The position numbers and the translations under genes were made by a program. The notes under the pieces were generated by a model. It worked only from the letters and a program-made list of their open reading frames with translations, did no database searches and had not been told where the DNA came from. Below, piece after piece: positions 7,656 to 17,600 of a DNA stretch of 32,000 bases. Numbering within the stretch: position 1 is the first letter of the stretch; every line of letters starts with the position of its first letter. The stretch is from Vibrio phage 234P1. The stretch lies in the sequence record MW824415.1; one strand, given 5' to 3'.

Positions 7656-9047
7656 ATGACTGATAAAGTTAATATCGAAAACCTACGCAAAGAGCTAGGT
7701 GCAGATAAAATCGACAAGCTTCTAGACATCTATGAGACTCAAGAGAAGCAAAAGCAAGCAGACGCAGAGCAAGAGCTAATGGACAAGCGCATGCAGAAAG
7801 CTATCGACGCAGCAACTGGCGAAGACCGTGAAAAGCTTGCAGCAGCAGCTGAAACGATCAAGTCTCTAGAAGCTATCTCTACGAAGAACTCTGAGCTATT
7901 CGCAACTACTGTTGAGCAACTGCAAGAGCAGATCACTAACCAGGCAACTGAGATTAAAACTCTTATGTCTCGCCGTGAAGGTCGTGACCTAATCGCAACT
8001 TCAGTTGGTAACTCTCTAGTAACTGACCAGAAGTCAATGGAAGAAATGATGGAGCAAGCGGCTTTCGTTAAAGCTCTTACTCGTTCTGAGAACATTGAAG
8101 ACACAGCATTCGGTGCTGACGTAGTTAAAGCAGTTAACGACGCATCTTCTATCCAAGTATCTAGCGAAGACTACGAGACAGTATTCTCTGCTAACATCCT
8201 TCGTGATATTCAGAAGAAGCTGATCATAGGTAACCTGTTCACAGAACTACCAATGAACGCTAAGTTGCTAACTATGCAGATCGAAGAAGATCGCACAGAC
8301 TCTGGTGCAACATGGGTTGAAGCAGCTGGTAACGTATTCGGTACTGACGCATCAACTGGTAACGAGCACACAACTGCACTAACAGACATTACGTTCCGTA
8401 CGTTCAAACTAGCGGCTCACGTATACATGACTGACGAAACTTCTGAAGATGCGATTACTCCTCTTCTAGGTATCATCCGTCGTCGTCTAATCGAAGCACA
8501 TGCTGAAGCAATCGAAAAAGCGTTCCTAAACGGTGCTGGTACAACAGGTGTTCCATCTGGTCTTACTAAGCTAGCTGTTGATGACGGTAACGTTATTACT
8601 TCTGCAGCATCTGGTGCTACAGCAACTTCTAAAGTAGCTGCTCTAGAAATCCACAAACTTCGCCGCACACTAGGTCGCAAAGGTACTCGTATCTCTGATC
8701 TGACTCTAGTTGTTTCTATGGACGTTTACTACGACCTAATGGAAGACGACGCGTTCCAAGACATGGATCAAGTAGGTGCAGCAGCAATGAAACTTCAAGG
8801 TCAAGTAGGTCGTATCTACGGTATGCCTGTTCTAGTTTCCGAGTACTTCGAAGACAAAGCAGCTGGTGCAAACTGTGCAGTCCTAGTTTACACTAACGAC
8901 TTCATCGTTCCTCGCCAACGTAAAGTTACTACTGAGTACGAGCGTATTCAGAAGCAACAAAAAGATGCTTACTACGTAACACAGCGTCTAAACCTACAAC
9001 GTTACTTCTCTGGTGACAACGTAGCAGTTCTACAGTACGCTGTATAA
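7656..9047 (+). CDS. major capsid protein, HK97 fold, with N-terminal scaffold-like segment (463 aa)
   Basis: Follows the protease; charged coiled-coil N-terminus then a capsid-like region (EKAFLNGAG, RTLGRKGTRI, GQVGRIYGMPVLVSEYF). Confidence 0.93.
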   Translation: MTDKVNIENLRKELGADKIDKLLDIYETQEKQKQADAEQELMDKRMQKAIDAATGEDREKLAAAAETIKSLEAISTKNSELFATTVEQLQEQITNQATEIKTLMSRREGRDLIATSVGNSLVTDQKSMEEMMEQAAFVKALTRSENIEDTAFGADVVKAVNDASSIQVSSEDYETVFSANILRDIQKKLIIGNLFTELPMNAKLLTMQIEEDRTDSGATWVEAAGNVFGTDASTGNEHTTALTDITFRTFKLAAHVYMTDETSEDAITPLLGIIRRRLIEAHAEAIEKAFLNGAGTTGVPSGLTKLAVDDGNVITSAASGATATSKVAALEIHKLRRTLGRKGTRISDLTLVVSMDVYYDLMEDDAFQDMDQVGAAAMKLQGQVGRIYGMPVLVSEYFEDKAAGANCAVLVYTNDFIVPRQRKVTTEYERIQKQQKDAYYVTQRLNLQRYFSGDNVAVLQYAV

Positions 9048-9061
9048 TAGAACACACTTCT

Positions 9062-9090
9062 AAGGGTAGAGCTTTTTGCTCTACCCTTTT
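9062..9090 (+). terminator. hairpin after the major capsid gene
   Basis: AAGGGTAGAGC-TTTTT-GCTCTACCCTT, perfect 11-bp stem, followed by TTG. Confidence 0.85.
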
Positions 9091-9110
9091 GTCGTTTTAG
9101 GAGGTAAGAA

Positions 9111-9662
9111 ATGGCACTAATAACACTTGAAGAGTTCAAAACCTACGCAGGTATTAACTCTCCTAATAAAGATGACCAGATAACTGCACTACTAGAACCT
9201 TCTGGCGAAATGATTCAAGGCTACCTAAAGATAGAGTTTACTTCTGAGGATATTAACACCCCAATCCCAGAACGTAAGACAGAACGCTTCCTTACATCAG
9301 AGTTGCAACCTGAATACTTATTAGATGAAGTAGACGTGGACGTAATTTCCGTGACGCTCGAAGGCATACGCGGTGCAGGGGCGCCAGAATTAGAGGAAGG
9401 TGACTGGTTTACCGATACTCGATTAGGTAAGATTACTTTCTTCGTAGATATGACTAACTGTTACTACTGTAATGTGGAGTATGACTCAACTCGTTCACTA
9501 AACGAAGCTATCAAGTTAGCTAACTGTATGTTAGTAAACTACTGGCTACAACAGGACTTCAATTCCGCAGTAGCAGGTGCAGGACAATCTGTAACTTATA
9601 CACCAGTTCGTGTATTGCCGAAGCATATTGAAAGTATCCTGAATATCCATAGGGCTCTATAA
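9111..9662 (+). CDS. head-tail connector / DNA-packaging adaptor-like protein
   Basis: MALITLEEFKTYAGINSPNKDDQITALLEPSGEMIQGYL is typical of gp6/gp15-type adaptor N-termini; position after the capsid gene; RBS GGAGG. Confidence 0.75.
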   Translation: MALITLEEFKTYAGINSPNKDDQITALLEPSGEMIQGYLKIEFTSEDINTPIPERKTERFLTSELQPEYLLDEVDVDVISVTLEGIRGAGAPELEEGDWFTDTRLGKITFFVDMTNCYYCNVEYDSTRSLNEAIKLANCMLVNYWLQQDFNSAVAGAGQSVTYTPVRVLPKHIESILNIHRAL

Positions 9663-10444
9663 TGCCTTTCTCCCTAGGTGGAGAGGCTATTGTAAAACTA
9701 GCCAGGGGTCTTTTCGAAGATCCCAATGGGGAGTCAAAGAACACCGTAAGTTATGTAGCGGAGTTTAATGACTCTAGATCAGATAACTCAGCATCTATGG
9801 TGCTAACATACACGCTTAAGAAACCTATCCTTGAAGAAGAGCTTGAAGACGATTTTAACCGCTTCTTCTCTAAGATCTCCTCAGAGCTAGGTAATGATGG
9901 TGCAGATTTAATAGCATCTATTATATTACGTAGACAAGGCTTTACAGCAGAGGATATTAAACTATCGTCACAGCAAGGTACTCTAGATATATCTTTTGAT
10001 GATACAATCGCAGATGAGGTTACTCAAGGTGTTAACGTAGGTGTGCAACCTGAAAAGGGACGCTTACTAAATCAAAACACATTAAAGAATCTATTAGAGA
10101 CTGTAATGAAAGAGAACATGCTTAAAGTCATGACATCTGGAAATGCAGGTACCGGTAAAAACTCACCATTACGAAACAGGACTGGTAGGTTTGTCGCATC
10201 ATCGCGCGTAGACTATTTAACTATTCTTAATAACGGGAAAGATCAAAAACAAACATTATCACTTTATTATAAGTACATGATATATCCATATCAAGTTTTT
10301 GACCCAGTACATACTCAATCTCCTCAAATGAATTTAGCATCCGCAGCAAGAAACCCACAGAAGATCATCCATGATGCACTGGCAAAGGCAGCTAAAACTC
10401 TAGTTGGAGACCGATACACAGTTAACATAAGGCAGGTACGCTAA
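9662..10444 (+). CDS. virion structural protein, probable head-tail joining/neck protein (260 aa)
   Basis: Overlapping stop/start in the connector cluster; position only. Confidence 0.55.
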   Translation: MPFSLGGEAIVKLARGLFEDPNGESKNTVSYVAEFNDSRSDNSASMVLTYTLKKPILEEELEDDFNRFFSKISSELGNDGADLIASIILRRQGFTAEDIKLSSQQGTLDISFDDTIADEVTQGVNVGVQPEKGRLLNQNTLKNLLETVMKENMLKVMTSGNAGTGKNSPLRNRTGRFVASSRVDYLTILNNGKDQKQTLSLYYKYMIYPYQVFDPVHTQSPQMNLASAARNPQKIIHDALAKAAKTLVGDRYTVNIRQVR

Positions 10445-10938
10445 TGGCAACACATAGAACATCGATAGCCAATAAAATGGCTGAACTGCTAAAACAAGAA
10501 CTAGCAGAACCGAAAGTAACAGCTGGTGTTTACTACACTAATCTATACAATAACGCTAGTACTCAGATACTACACTTTGATCAAATTAAGGACTTTCCTT
10601 TTGTAAGTGTGGTAAAAGGAACTGAATACACCGAGTATCAAGGTGGTGGATTTAGATGGCAGTTTCTTGAGATATACATGCGTGTATTTGTAAGCGGCTA
10701 TGAAGACTATGACGAGCAATTGGAAAAAGTCATCACAGATATAAAAACTTTCATTGACACGAATGAATCATTCGAATATAATATAACTAAGCCTAACGGT
10801 GATACGATCATCAACGAGGTAACTGAAATAACATGGGAAAGTGTCACAACTGACGAGGGCTTACTAGCCCCTGACGCTTTCGGCGAAATAAAACTACGTG
10901 TAAGATACGAAGATATGAACGCATTGAACTGTATGTAA
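10444..10938 (+). CDS. tail terminator/completion-like protein (164 aa)
   Basis: Size, position directly before the tail-tube genes, and 'FLEIYMRVFVSGYEDYDEQLEKVITDIKTFID' character. Confidence 0.55.
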   Translation: MATHRTSIANKMAELLKQELAEPKVTAGVYYTNLYNNASTQILHFDQIKDFPFVSVVKGTEYTEYQGGGFRWQFLEIYMRVFVSGYEDYDEQLEKVITDIKTFIDTNESFEYNITKPNGDTIINEVTEITWESVTTDEGLLAPDAFGEIKLRVRYEDMNALNCM

Positions 10939-10959
10939 CACTAAAGGAGATATTAACAA

Positions 10960-12111
10960 ATGTCAAAGCAATTACTCCGTAACGCCCGAGTATGGGTAAG
11001 TACGGTAACTACAGGGCATGCTAAGGATAATACCTTTGAAGTTCAGATTAAGGATGACTTAACTTGGGCACAGGGTAATAGCACCTCCACAGTTGAAATT
11101 AGTGAAGCAGGAGCAGCACCTACGCGTGGTTCCAAAGAGTTTAACGATTCACTAGATCCTGTTGATTGGAGCTTTACAACTTATCTACGTCCATATTTAT
11201 CTACATTCGGTCCTGACTGGGATCCTGATGATAATGTAGATGACGAACCTCTGGTTGTTACACCAGACGCTATCTTATGGCAAGGTCTAGCTACAGCAGC
11301 TGATCTAGATATTAAAAACGGTCCTGGTGTTATAGGTAACGCTACTAACATGATTGTTGACTTTACTGACAACTCTCACCACGAACTGTTAAAACTAAAC
11401 ATCTACGTACTAGCAGACAAGATCTGGTACCTTATCTCTGAAGGTCAAGTAGGCGAAGCGGCAATCTCTAACGATATTACTGCTATCGGTGAAACAGCGT
11501 GGTCTGGTCAAGGTACTACAATGACTAAGCTTCCATCAGCTCCATTCATAGAGACTGACGTAACTTCAGTAGATTGTACACTAGCTGCTCCGTACATTAA
11601 GAACAAACTAACGATCCTAAAAGTTAAAGATAACACTTCTATGAAAGTGTACAGTGTGCCAATTACTGGTGGTTCTGTTACTATCTCTAACAACGTTACG
11701 TTCCTAACTCCGAGCACACTATCCTGTCTTGATGTACCAATCGGTTCATTTACAGGTACATTCTCTGTTGAAGGCGAAATGTCAGCTTACCTAGATGACA
11801 AAGTAGGTGGAACAGCAGAACTAATGGACGATATTATCGCAGCTCGTGCAGTAACGAACGACTTCGAGATCTCTGTTGTGATGGGTGGTGAATACGCTGC
11901 CGGTGCACCTGCTTGTGTTATTCACCTAAGCAATGCTCAAGTACGTATCCCTGAGATTAACACTGATGACGTTTTAGGCGTATCTGTTAGTTTCAAAGGT
12001 ATCCCTACAGACTTCGATACAGGTGACGAAGTACTAATCGGTATGAGTCCAACGTACACTACTGCGCAGATCGCTCAGTTCATCGCTACAGGTGATGGTG
12101 ACGGTGCGTAA
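10960..12111 (+). CDS. major tail / tail-tube-like protein (383 aa)
   Basis: MSKQLLRNARVWVSTVTTGH... with 'FNDSLDPVDWSFTTYLRPY', beta-rich, upstream of the chaperone; RBS AAAGGAGA. Confidence 0.7.
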   Translation: MSKQLLRNARVWVSTVTTGHAKDNTFEVQIKDDLTWAQGNSTSTVEISEAGAAPTRGSKEFNDSLDPVDWSFTTYLRPYLSTFGPDWDPDDNVDDEPLVVTPDAILWQGLATAADLDIKNGPGVIGNATNMIVDFTDNSHHELLKLNIYVLADKIWYLISEGQVGEAAISNDITAIGETAWSGQGTTMTKLPSAPFIETDVTSVDCTLAAPYIKNKLTILKVKDNTSMKVYSVPITGGSVTISNNVTFLTPSTLSCLDVPIGSFTGTFSVEGEMSAYLDDKVGGTAELMDDIIAARAVTNDFEISVVMGGEYAAGAPACVIHLSNAQVRIPEINTDDVLGVSVSFKGIPTDFDTGDEVLIGMSPTYTTAQIAQFIATGDGDGA

Positions 12112-12989
12112 TGACTAGACAACTACTGCGGGACTCCACGGTAGTTATCGAACATGAAGGAAGAGTCTTAGAACTTAAGGCTCTTTCATCTATCTCTGGT
12201 AGTACGTCTTTAGGGCAAACTACTGGTAGACGCAAGACGCTTTTTGCTAATTCCCCAAAGCAATACAGCATAACTAGTAAGATTAACCCCACTCAGATCA
12301 ATCTAAGTGTTCCGGTAACTGATAGCTTTTCTGAATCGCTATTTCTAGAACTCGTAGGGTTAGAAGGTTATCTAGGTATATACTCTGTACCTGTTAATAT
12401 TCCAACTAGACCTAAGATTTGTGGTGTAACACTATTTAATACTGACAGCGTTATGCGAGCAGATAACTGTTTTGTGGAATCAGTAAGCCTTACCCTTAGT
12501 AAGTCAACAGCTCTTACTATGGATATTGTTCTTAGTGCTTCTTCTATCATACCAACTAATGAGTCATTAAGTGACCCAGCTGCACAGCAGCAAGGTTCAA
12601 TTGTCACTCCAGGCCCTGTACTTCTAAAAGTACAAGATACTGCGTATCCTTCTATTATAAGTGCTACTATAAGCATACAGCAGGTTGCAGAATGGGTAGA
12701 GGACAAGACACTATTTGATGTTAGCAAAGCGGAAACGTTCCAACATCAGAATGCTCAGGTACAAGATTTTATTTTAAGCAGTACTGTGATAGGTAACTAC
12801 TTAACTAAACAAACTAAAACTAACGAAGCCGTCGATGGCGACTTCTTCCTATCAAAGAGTGGCTTCAACTTGCACATAGAAGATGCAAGAGTGGTACACA
12901 ACTTGGATATACAATCAATTTACCAATACCGCCTAGATGTAGCTTACACTGAGACATCTGGTCGTGCTAAACTTTATTTTGGAGAATAA
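12111..12989 (+). CDS. second tail-tube-like structural protein (292 aa)
   Basis: MTRQLLRDSTVVIEHEG... 'YSITSKINPTQINLSVPVTDSFSESLFLELVG'; shares the xxQLLRxxxVxV N-terminal pattern with the previous gene. Confidence 0.6.
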   Translation: MTRQLLRDSTVVIEHEGRVLELKALSSISGSTSLGQTTGRRKTLFANSPKQYSITSKINPTQINLSVPVTDSFSESLFLELVGLEGYLGIYSVPVNIPTRPKICGVTLFNTDSVMRADNCFVESVSLTLSKSTALTMDIVLSASSIIPTNESLSDPAAQQQGSIVTPGPVLLKVQDTAYPSIISATISIQQVAEWVEDKTLFDVSKAETFQHQNAQVQDFILSSTVIGNYLTKQTKTNEAVDGDFFLSKSGFNLHIEDARVVHNLDIQSIYQYRLDVAYTETSGRAKLYFGE

Positions 12990-12991
12990 TA

Positions 12992-13402
12992 ATGGCAAAA
13001 CTAAATTTCGCGGCTCTAGTTCTTGATTCAAAGACTGTAGAATTCGAATTCCCCGCTATGGAAGGGTTCACGGTACAAATTACCTACACTACAGCAGAAA
13101 AGTATGCGGCACTTCGCAAAGAATGTGTAACTACTAAACTAGACCCACACACTGGCTACCCAGTAGAAAGTATTGACCAAGAGAAATGGAACTCGGCGTT
13201 CTGTAAGCAAACTATCGCAGGATGGAAAGGCCTTACATATAACCACCTAGCTTCAATGATCTTACTAGATGAATCGGCTATTGAGGACATGGACGAGGAA
13301 GTTGACTATTCAGAAGAGGGAGCAGAAATGTTATTAAAACATAGTAAAGCTTTCGATGCGTGGGTTCGTGAACGCATGTCTGACTTAAACAACTTTCGTT
13401 AA
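12992..13402 (+). CDS. tail assembly chaperone, gpG-like part (136 aa)
   Basis: Position before the tape measure; C-terminal region open for frameshifting into the next frame. Confidence 0.75.
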   Translation: MAKLNFAALVLDSKTVEFEFPAMEGFTVQITYTTAEKYAALRKECVTTKLDPHTGYPVESIDQEKWNSAFCKQTIAGWKGLTYNHLASMILLDESAIEDMDEEVDYSEEGAEMLLKHSKAFDAWVRERMSDLNNFR

Positions 13403-13787
13403 TTCAGCGTTTAACCAAGTCAAGAAACAGCTAGACAAATACATAAGGGAGTCTTCAATATCTGGTATGGACAACAAAGCCTATATCATGATGTGTGAGC
13501 AAATGGGAGTAGATATTGATCCTAACAGATTAATGACCCAATTTACAGACTTCCCTATCGTAGTTCAGAATGCCATATTAGCATACTCCAAGATGCCCGA
13601 CCTATACGTTAGTAGAGGGATGGACGGTAGTATATTTGGCGGAAAAGATTATAGCGCCTTCGCTAGTATATGTGCTCTATTTGATATATCGTCAGAAAGA
13701 GACATTAGGACAGCACTGTTCGTATGTTCATACATAGAAGAGAAAGCAATCCTAAAAGCGCAGGCTGCCCTAAACAAAGACAAGTAA
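13389..13787 (+). CDS. gpT-like domain of the tail chaperone, likely made by frameshifting
   Basis: Frame open from 13389 (after TAA at 13386); encodes TTFVNSAFNQVKKQLDKYIRESSISGMDNKAYIMMCEQMGVDIDPNRLMTQFTDFP..., a chaperone T-domain-like sequence. The track ORF starts at ATG 13467, which has an AAGGGAG about 15 nt upstream. Confidence 0.7.
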   Translation, partial: TTFVNSAFNQVKKQLDKYIRESSISGMDNKAYIMMCEQMGVDIDPNRLMTQFTDFPIVVQNAILAYSKMPDLYVSRGMDGSIFGGKDYSAFASICALFDISSERDIRTALFVCSYIEEKAILKAQAALNKDK

Positions 13788-13805
13788 CAAATTTCTCCAA
13801 TATTA

Positions 13806-13829
13806 GCCCCGCTATTTTGGGGCATATTT
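13806..13829 (+). terminator. weak terminator GCCCC-GCTATTTT-GGGGC-ATATTTTT
   Basis: 5-bp GC stem with an A/T-rich tail downstream of the chaperone genes. Confidence 0.5.
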
Positions 13830-13844
13830 TTAAGGAAATTTAAA

Positions 13845-14582
13845 ATGACAGATGTAACTAAAGACATTACCTCAGGGGACAGTAACAAGACAGTTATCCT
13901 GCCTATTAAGCAGGCGTTCCTTGAGAGCTCCCCTCTAATTGGACGAGTATTCGACAAGGTAGACTGGGACGCAGGTATTCTACTATACCCGTATACTAAA
14001 GTGCCAAAATCTGGTGAAGATACCTACGTTATCGCGGGTATGGAACTTACCAAGGACACAGACTTCATTGATCGCTCTATTGTAAAAGAGACCGTAGAAG
14101 ATGCAGCTCCTGAGACAAAGATTTACCAAACTCTAGTAAACATTATGGTACAGGACGTATCTCAAAAAGTAGAGAAGACATTCGTAGATCAAATCATTGC
14201 TGACGCTAACATCCAACCGGTTGCTGGTGCTGGTGCAGACTGGACAGGTATTGTATCTCTTATCACAGATATGGGAGCTTACGTATATAACACTAAGGGA
14301 AGCTTCGTAGTTATGTTATCTCTAGCGGATCACTTAACATTGGCAGGTGACGCTGACTTCGAACGTGCACATGACGCTTTGAAAGATAAGATTGAGGTAA
14401 TGGTATCATCTAAACTGGAAGCAGGTCAGATGATCGTTATCCATGAACACGGTATCGCAGGTAGTGCAACTATTAAAGAAATGGAAATCGACGCAGCGCC
14501 TTCTAGTGATATGGCTAGCCTAATCATGGCTTACCGTACTGGTCTAAATTACGACCTAGACTTCATTCGAGTAGTCAAATAA
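13845..14582 (+). CDS. virion-associated protein with capsid-like (HK97-fold-like) layout, 245 aa
   Basis: ORF with AAGGAAA RBS. 'QAFLESSPLIGRVF...', a central helix 'IYQTLVNIMVQDVSQKVEKTFVDQIIA' and a terminal 'GQMIVIHEHGIAG...MAYRTGLNYDLDF' parallel segments of the capsid protein in order. Function inferred only. Confidence 0.45.
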   Translation: MTDVTKDITSGDSNKTVILPIKQAFLESSPLIGRVFDKVDWDAGILLYPYTKVPKSGEDTYVIAGMELTKDTDFIDRSIVKETVEDAAPETKIYQTLVNIMVQDVSQKVEKTFVDQIIADANIQPVAGAGADWTGIVSLITDMGAYVYNTKGSFVVMLSLADHLTLAGDADFERAHDALKDKIEVMVSSKLEAGQMIVIHEHGIAGSATIKEMEIDAAPSSDMASLIMAYRTGLNYDLDFIRVVK

Positions 14583-14587
14583 ACATG

Positions 14588-14614
14588 AGGCAGCCATTTT
14601 GGGCTGCCTTTTTT
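14588..14614 (+). terminator. intrinsic terminator AGGCAGCC-ATTTTG-GGCTGCCT-TTTTT
   Basis: 8-bp stem plus T-run, just upstream of the tape measure RBS. Confidence 0.85.
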
Positions 14615-14637
14615 GTATCCGCTTATAGGAGGTAACT

Positions 14638-17600
14638 ATGGCAGGTAAAAGTATAAAAGAGCTGGTAATCAAGGTTAAACAGCAGAACGCCAAGAGAGTA
14701 GCTAAGGATATAGAACATATATCAACTGCCCTACTTGAAGCGACTGAGTATGCTGAATTATTTAACTCTGAACTTTCAATGATGAAAGTACCGCCAGGTC
14801 TCGATAAGTTTGTAAAGACTTTCGACAAGATGGAAGCGTCTCTTGAAGAGATAGCCTCCCAGACTCGCAAAACGACCAACTCCATTGGTGCTATGCGTAA
14901 TGAAGCTATTGAAATGGCTGACAACTTCCAAACATCATTCCAAGTTATCTCCGAAGGGTTAGATGACATTGGTACTGATGCAGTCCGAGCTAGTGGCAAA
15001 GTACAGAAAGGCTTCGAAGGTGTAGAAGGAGCTATTAACGAAACCGCAGGAGCAATGGGTAAGGCTACCGCAGCTAACAAACGATTAGGTAATGGACTAA
15101 AAGATACTAATCGCCAAGGTACTAACCAAGCACGTACATTCTCTAAGATGGCACAGAGTGCTGGTGGATTAGCGTCTACCTACGCCCTAGTTGCTGCTAA
15201 CGTCTTCGCTCTATCTGAAGGTTTCAGGCTATTAAGTGAAGCAGCCGCAGTTGATCGTCTAGAAGACGTAAGTACAGTTATTAGTGCTGGTATTGGTGTT
15301 TCTATCGCTGGTACTGCCCAAGCAATGCGTGATGCAACTGATGGAGCTATTAGCTACCAAGCAGCTCTACGTCAAGCAGCGGCAGCAACTGCTTACGGTT
15401 TTGATACGCAACAAATAGAAGAGTTTACACAAGTAGCCCGTCGTGCGGCAGTTGTTCTTGGTGTTGAAATGACAGATGCACTTAACCGTGTTATCCGTGG
15501 TATTTCAAAAGCCGAAGTGGAACTATTGGATGAATTAGGTGTTACAGTGCGTCTTAATGAGGCATTTGCCCGTTACGCGGCACAACATAACATCGCAGCG
15601 TCCTCTCTAAACTCCTTCCAACGCCAGCAAGCATTAGCTAACGAAGTTATCCTAAAGTCAGAACAGAACTTAGGAGCAGCAGATGACGCACTAGAGTCTA
15701 CTTCTTGGGAGCAATTCGGTGCCAACGTTAGTTCTGCAACTAACCAACTACTACGATTCATATCTACATCAGATTCTATGTTATCTGTGTTAAATAGTTT
15801 TAATAGTGCATTCGATGAGGTAGTACAGTTATCTCGTAGTGACGCAACATTCACACCGTTCACTAAGACACTAGAAGAGGCACCAGATGCACTATCTAGT
15901 ATCGTAGCGTACAACAACCTTGTTAAGGAACAAAATCGTCTTATCAAAGAGGGTGGCGTAGCTCGCCAGAAGTCCGCAGCATTAGTTGGGCAGGGTATCG
16001 ATGGTACTGCGTCTGCACAAGACTTCCTGACTTATGATAAAGAGACCCTACGATTAAACGACCAGTACAATACGCTACAGGCTCAATTAACGGGTGTTCG
16101 CCATGAGCTAGACCTAACAGACGAGGCTCTACAGAAATTTGCAGATTCTATGGGTATTACTGTAGATGATGTAGCTCTGGTATCAGACTCCATTCAAAAT
16201 CTAAGCTTACTATCTCGTAGCCTAGGGTCTGATCTAACTTCATTTGATAACCAAGTACGTGGTAAGTCCACTAACCCGTATACAGCTATGAGCACTTCCA
16301 TTAAAGAAGCTACGCGAGATATTGATTTATTAATAAGTAAGAACCTTTCTCTGGACGACGCACTAGCTAAGTTGAAGATTTCAAGAGACCAGTATAATAA
16401 CTTCGGAGACGTACAAGACTATATTAACTTACTAGATGTACAAGAGCAGAAGATGCTTGACATACAGAAAGTAGGTGCAGCTATGGTTGAAGAGCAGCAT
16501 GGAGCGCTATACGTAGCTAAGCAGGAACTAATGATGCTACACTCCCGTAACGCGGCATCCTTAGCAGCCTTAGATATTACTGAGCTAACAGTAGCGCAAA
16601 AGACGGAACTCTTCAAGGCGGAGCAGAAGGTAGTTAAGGCCACTGAACGAGTTCAGGAACTTAATTATTCACTACTCAAGCAGCAATCAGCAATACGTAT
16701 TGCGGAAGAGGCAGCACTAAATCCACAACAAACTTCGTTAGGTATTGCCAACGACAAGTTACGTATAGAGCAGGCTACCTACGAGATGATGTTACGTCAG
16801 AACGAGTTAGCAAAAGCCGCTGGAAACGCTCCAGTATACGGTACAGACCAGTTAGATGCACAACGAGACACGGCTACTGATGCAGACACTGGACTAACTT
16901 CTCAGCTTAACCAAACTAACTTCCAGATGGCACAATCTGCACTGCAAACATTGAACCCTGAGATAGCTTCGGCTACTAATAACATTTACTCTCTAGCTGA
17001 CGCATGGGCAATCATGGGTAACGCAAGCGCTACTTCTGCACAGCAGGCAGCGGCTTCCGCATCGGCAATGGGTAGTACGTTAGGTGCAATGGGTAACCTG
17101 GTTAACGCAGCAAGTGGTGCAGTAACTTCTGGTATCGATGCAGAAATCGCAGCTGTAGAGGCAAGCGGTGCAACGCAAGAAGAACAAGAAGCTCAGATAA
17201 AAGAACTTAATAAGAAGAAGATTAAAGAGCAAGAGAAATTTGCTAAGACATCTATTCTTATCTCTACCGCACAAGGTGTTGCAATGGCGTTAGCGTCTGC
17301 TCCTTGGCCTATCAACTTGGTAGGTGCTGGTATGACAGCGGCAGCTGGTGCACTTGCGTACGCACAGGCATCAAATGCAAGTTCTTCTCAGTTAGCGGCA
17401 CTAGAGTCCTCATCCTCTTCTACTCCGACTAGTTCGTTGACAGTAGGTGGTGATATGTCCCTACGTTCTGATGTTTCACAGGCGAGTACCGGTGCCGAAC
17501 GCTCTCAATCTCTAGGAGATCAGGGTGTGTACGGTCGTGCTTCTGGTGGTATGGGTTACGCAGGTAATACGTACCTAGCTGGTGAAAACGGAAAAGAATT

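Noticed and set aside
13467-13787. Independent start of the T-like chaperone ORF at ATG 13467
   Set aside because: Not fully excluded: AAGGGAG lies about 15 nt upstream, longer than ideal spacing, and the open frame extends back to overlap the G ORF, so frameshift expression is preferred
14556-15080. 174-aa ORF on the minus strand inside the tape measure gene
   Set aside because: Lies fully antisense to a strong coding gene, no RBS or motif, composition mirrors the sense codons
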